64,000 nt of DNA, from the NCBI GenBank assembly GCA_965226885.1, contig CBDDEL010000016.1, positions 480,001 to 544,000 on the forward strand, in the 5' to 3' direction. This DNA comes from Opitutales bacterium (GTDB taxonomy: Bacteria; Verrucomicrobiota; Verrucomicrobiia; Opitutales; UBA2987). The stretch's first letter is position 1, and each line of letters opens with the position of its first letter. The position numbers and the translations under genes were made by a program. Shown one piece after another: positions 62,285-64,000 of this stretch. The notes beneath the pieces are model-generated. The model saw only the letters and a list, made by a program, of their open reading frames with translations. It was not told where the DNA came from and searched no databases.

Positions 62285-63697
62285 ATGCAATATATGAAAA
62301 AAATTACTTTTTCACCAATGAGGATATTTTTCTCAATTCTGGGAGCTGTCGCTCTCTCTTATGTTAATTGCCTGGCAGTAAAACTGGAGGCGGCACAGTT
62401 GATAGCCGGCCCCATGGTTGGCCACACGACCACGACTTCGGCCAATATTTGGGTCGAAACGGATGCCCCGGCCGATGTCCGCATTGATTACTGGCAGGAA
62501 CCGCGCCTCATCTACGATCCGGTTTTGCTTGAGCCCATCTTGCGGGGAACGGCCTCCGGTCGCACATCCTCCGATTTTCCGCACACCGGTGTGGTTGAAT
62601 TGGCGAACCTCAATACCGGTCGGCTGATTCATTATAATGTCCTTATAAACGGCAAAATCGTGCGCGCTCTCAGCAGCCAGATTTTTTCCCTTTTTCCTCC
62701 CGAAGTAATTAATCTCCAGGCGCCGGACGATGTGACAAATTTTTCGGTTGGGTTCGCCTCCTGCAATTTCCCCGCCCGCATTCCCATCCAGCCTATATGG
62801 GCGCAAGTTGTGCGTCGGCGTCCGGTGGCCTTTTTGTTTTTGGGAGACAACAATTATTTGCCAAGCAAACACGAAAACCTCGATATCGATGAAGAAGATT
62901 TGCGCTTTGTCATCTCCGATACGCACCGGACTTTAAAAAATGTCGCCGGTGTTCGCGAATTAATGGCCTCCACCTCCAGCTACGGGATTTGGGATGACCA
63001 CGATTACGGTCCGGGAAACTCCGACCGAACTTTCAAGGGCAAGGATATCAGCCTCCAGGCCTTTCGCCGCTATTGGGCCAACCCGGCGACCGATATTTCC
63101 GACCCTCCCGGAGTCTTTCATTCTTTTCGCGTCGCCGATGCCGAATTCTTCATGCTCGACAACCGTTACAACCGCGACCCGAATCTGGCGGAGGACCGTA
63201 GCACCATGCTGGGTTCTATCCAGCTTGAGTGGTTGAAAAAAAATCTGAAAAAAAGCACCGCCACTTTTAAAATAATCGGCAGCGGTGGAACCCTGGCCGT
63301 CGATCAAGGAAAGGAAACCTGGAGCCGGTTCGGAACCGAGCGCGACGATTTTCTCAAGTGGATGTTCGCCGAGAAAATCGAAGGAGTGCTATTCATCGCG
63401 GGAGACTGGCATGTTGGCGTTCTCAACCGCCTCCATCGCCCCCAGGACGCCTACCCTCTTTACGAACTCCTCAGCTCCAACCTGGCGGTCAAAATCATAC
63501 CCCGCGACACCGTCGAAATCGCGCAAGGCCCCAGCAACAAACAATGGGCCTCCCCCTTCGTCCAAGACTTCAATTTCGGCCTCCTCCGTTTCACCGGAAA
63601 ACGAGGCAACCGAACCGTAACCCTCCAAATCATCGACGAACAAGGCACCATCCGCATCGAACTTGTGGTTAACGAATCCGACCTGGCTTACAATTAA
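62285..63697 (+). CDS. PhoD-like alkaline phosphatase D family protein
   Basis: Signal peptide, GPMVG, FASC, FLGDNNY, WDDHDYG, LDNRY and AGDWH. Confidence 0.9.
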   Translation: MQYMKKITFSPMRIFFSILGAVALSYVNCLAVKLEAAQLIAGPMVGHTTTTSANIWVETDAPADVRIDYWQEPRLIYDPVLLEPILRGTASGRTSSDFPHTGVVELANLNTGRLIHYNVLINGKIVRALSSQIFSLFPPEVINLQAPDDVTNFSVGFASCNFPARIPIQPIWAQVVRRRPVAFLFLGDNNYLPSKHENLDIDEEDLRFVISDTHRTLKNVAGVRELMASTSSYGIWDDHDYGPGNSDRTFKGKDISLQAFRRYWANPATDISDPPGVFHSFRVADAEFFMLDNRYNRDPNLAEDRSTMLGSIQLEWLKKNLKKSTATFKIIGSGGTLAVDQGKETWSRFGTERDDFLKWMFAEKIEGVLFIAGDWHVGVLNRLHRPQDAYPLYELLSSNLAVKIIPRDTVEIAQGPSNKQWASPFVQDFNFGLLRFTGKRGNRTVTLQIIDEQGTIRIELVVNESDLAYN

Positions 63698-64000
63698 ACG
63701 GTTAATTTTTTTTTGGCTGAAACAACAGTGTGTAGATACACAAATAAGAGTATCCAAAAAATCAAGTGTGGTATCTCGACAGGATTTCCCCACTTAATAG
63801 CATTGGGTAGGTCAGTAAAACATCCTATGATTAGACATCCAAAAATAAGCGTCCAGAACCCGCTCCAAAGCAACCTGTTTCGATTCCAATAAGGTATTCG
63901 AACTTGACCGGGATAATTGCGAAGTGCCCACCAGAGACCTAATATTGCGATTGGACCCAAAACAAGCCATCCGATGAACTCATAAAAAATTGGAATTGCA
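63694..64000 (-). CDS. Membrane protein, 5' end outside the window
   Basis: Hydrophobic reading frame with several TM-like segments running to the window edge. Confidence 0.5.
   Translation of the reverse strand, partial: AIPIFYEFIGWLVLGPIAILGLWWALRNYPGQVRIPYWNRNRLLWSGFWTLIFGCLIIGCFTDLPNAIKWGNPVEIPHLIFWILLFVYLHTVVSAKKKLTV

Noticed and set aside
1..64000. CRISPR array, tRNA or rRNA genes
   Set aside because: All exact short repeats are adjacent 2-copy doublets without spacers. No cloverleaf or rRNA-like sequence was recognised by eye.

Overview
Bacterial chromosomal window, probably Verrucomicrobiota/Opitutales (inferred from the PpiD-like N-terminus, the pseudopilin cassette, the Trp-rich C-terminal domain and the lineage-type hypotheticals). 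Housekeeping genes include truC-like, ppiD-like, miaA, trpA, waaA, menA, a Mycobacterium Sdh1-like (type F) succinate dehydrogenase operon, rho and hisF. There is also a glycan/sulfate/phosphate scavenging cluster. About 18 kb of the 64 kb (about 28%) is insertion sequence: six IS1380 copies or fragments in two variants, two IS3 types, IS1, IS630, IS4, an IS5/ISNCY-like element and a MITE, several of them nested. Many genes are freshly broken (purU, an amidase, a GMC oxidoreductase, a pseudopilin, a propeller sensor, a TPR gene). The least explained signal is a set of about ten perfect 6-36 bp head-to-tail duplications with almost no junction microhomology. Some are provably younger than the IS copies they sit in, and two cause frameshifts. 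Other leads are a candidate oriC between miaA and trpA, a repeated Trp-rich C-terminal module, and a complementary base change at both ends of one IS1380 copy. No tRNA, rRNA or CRISPR array was seen.
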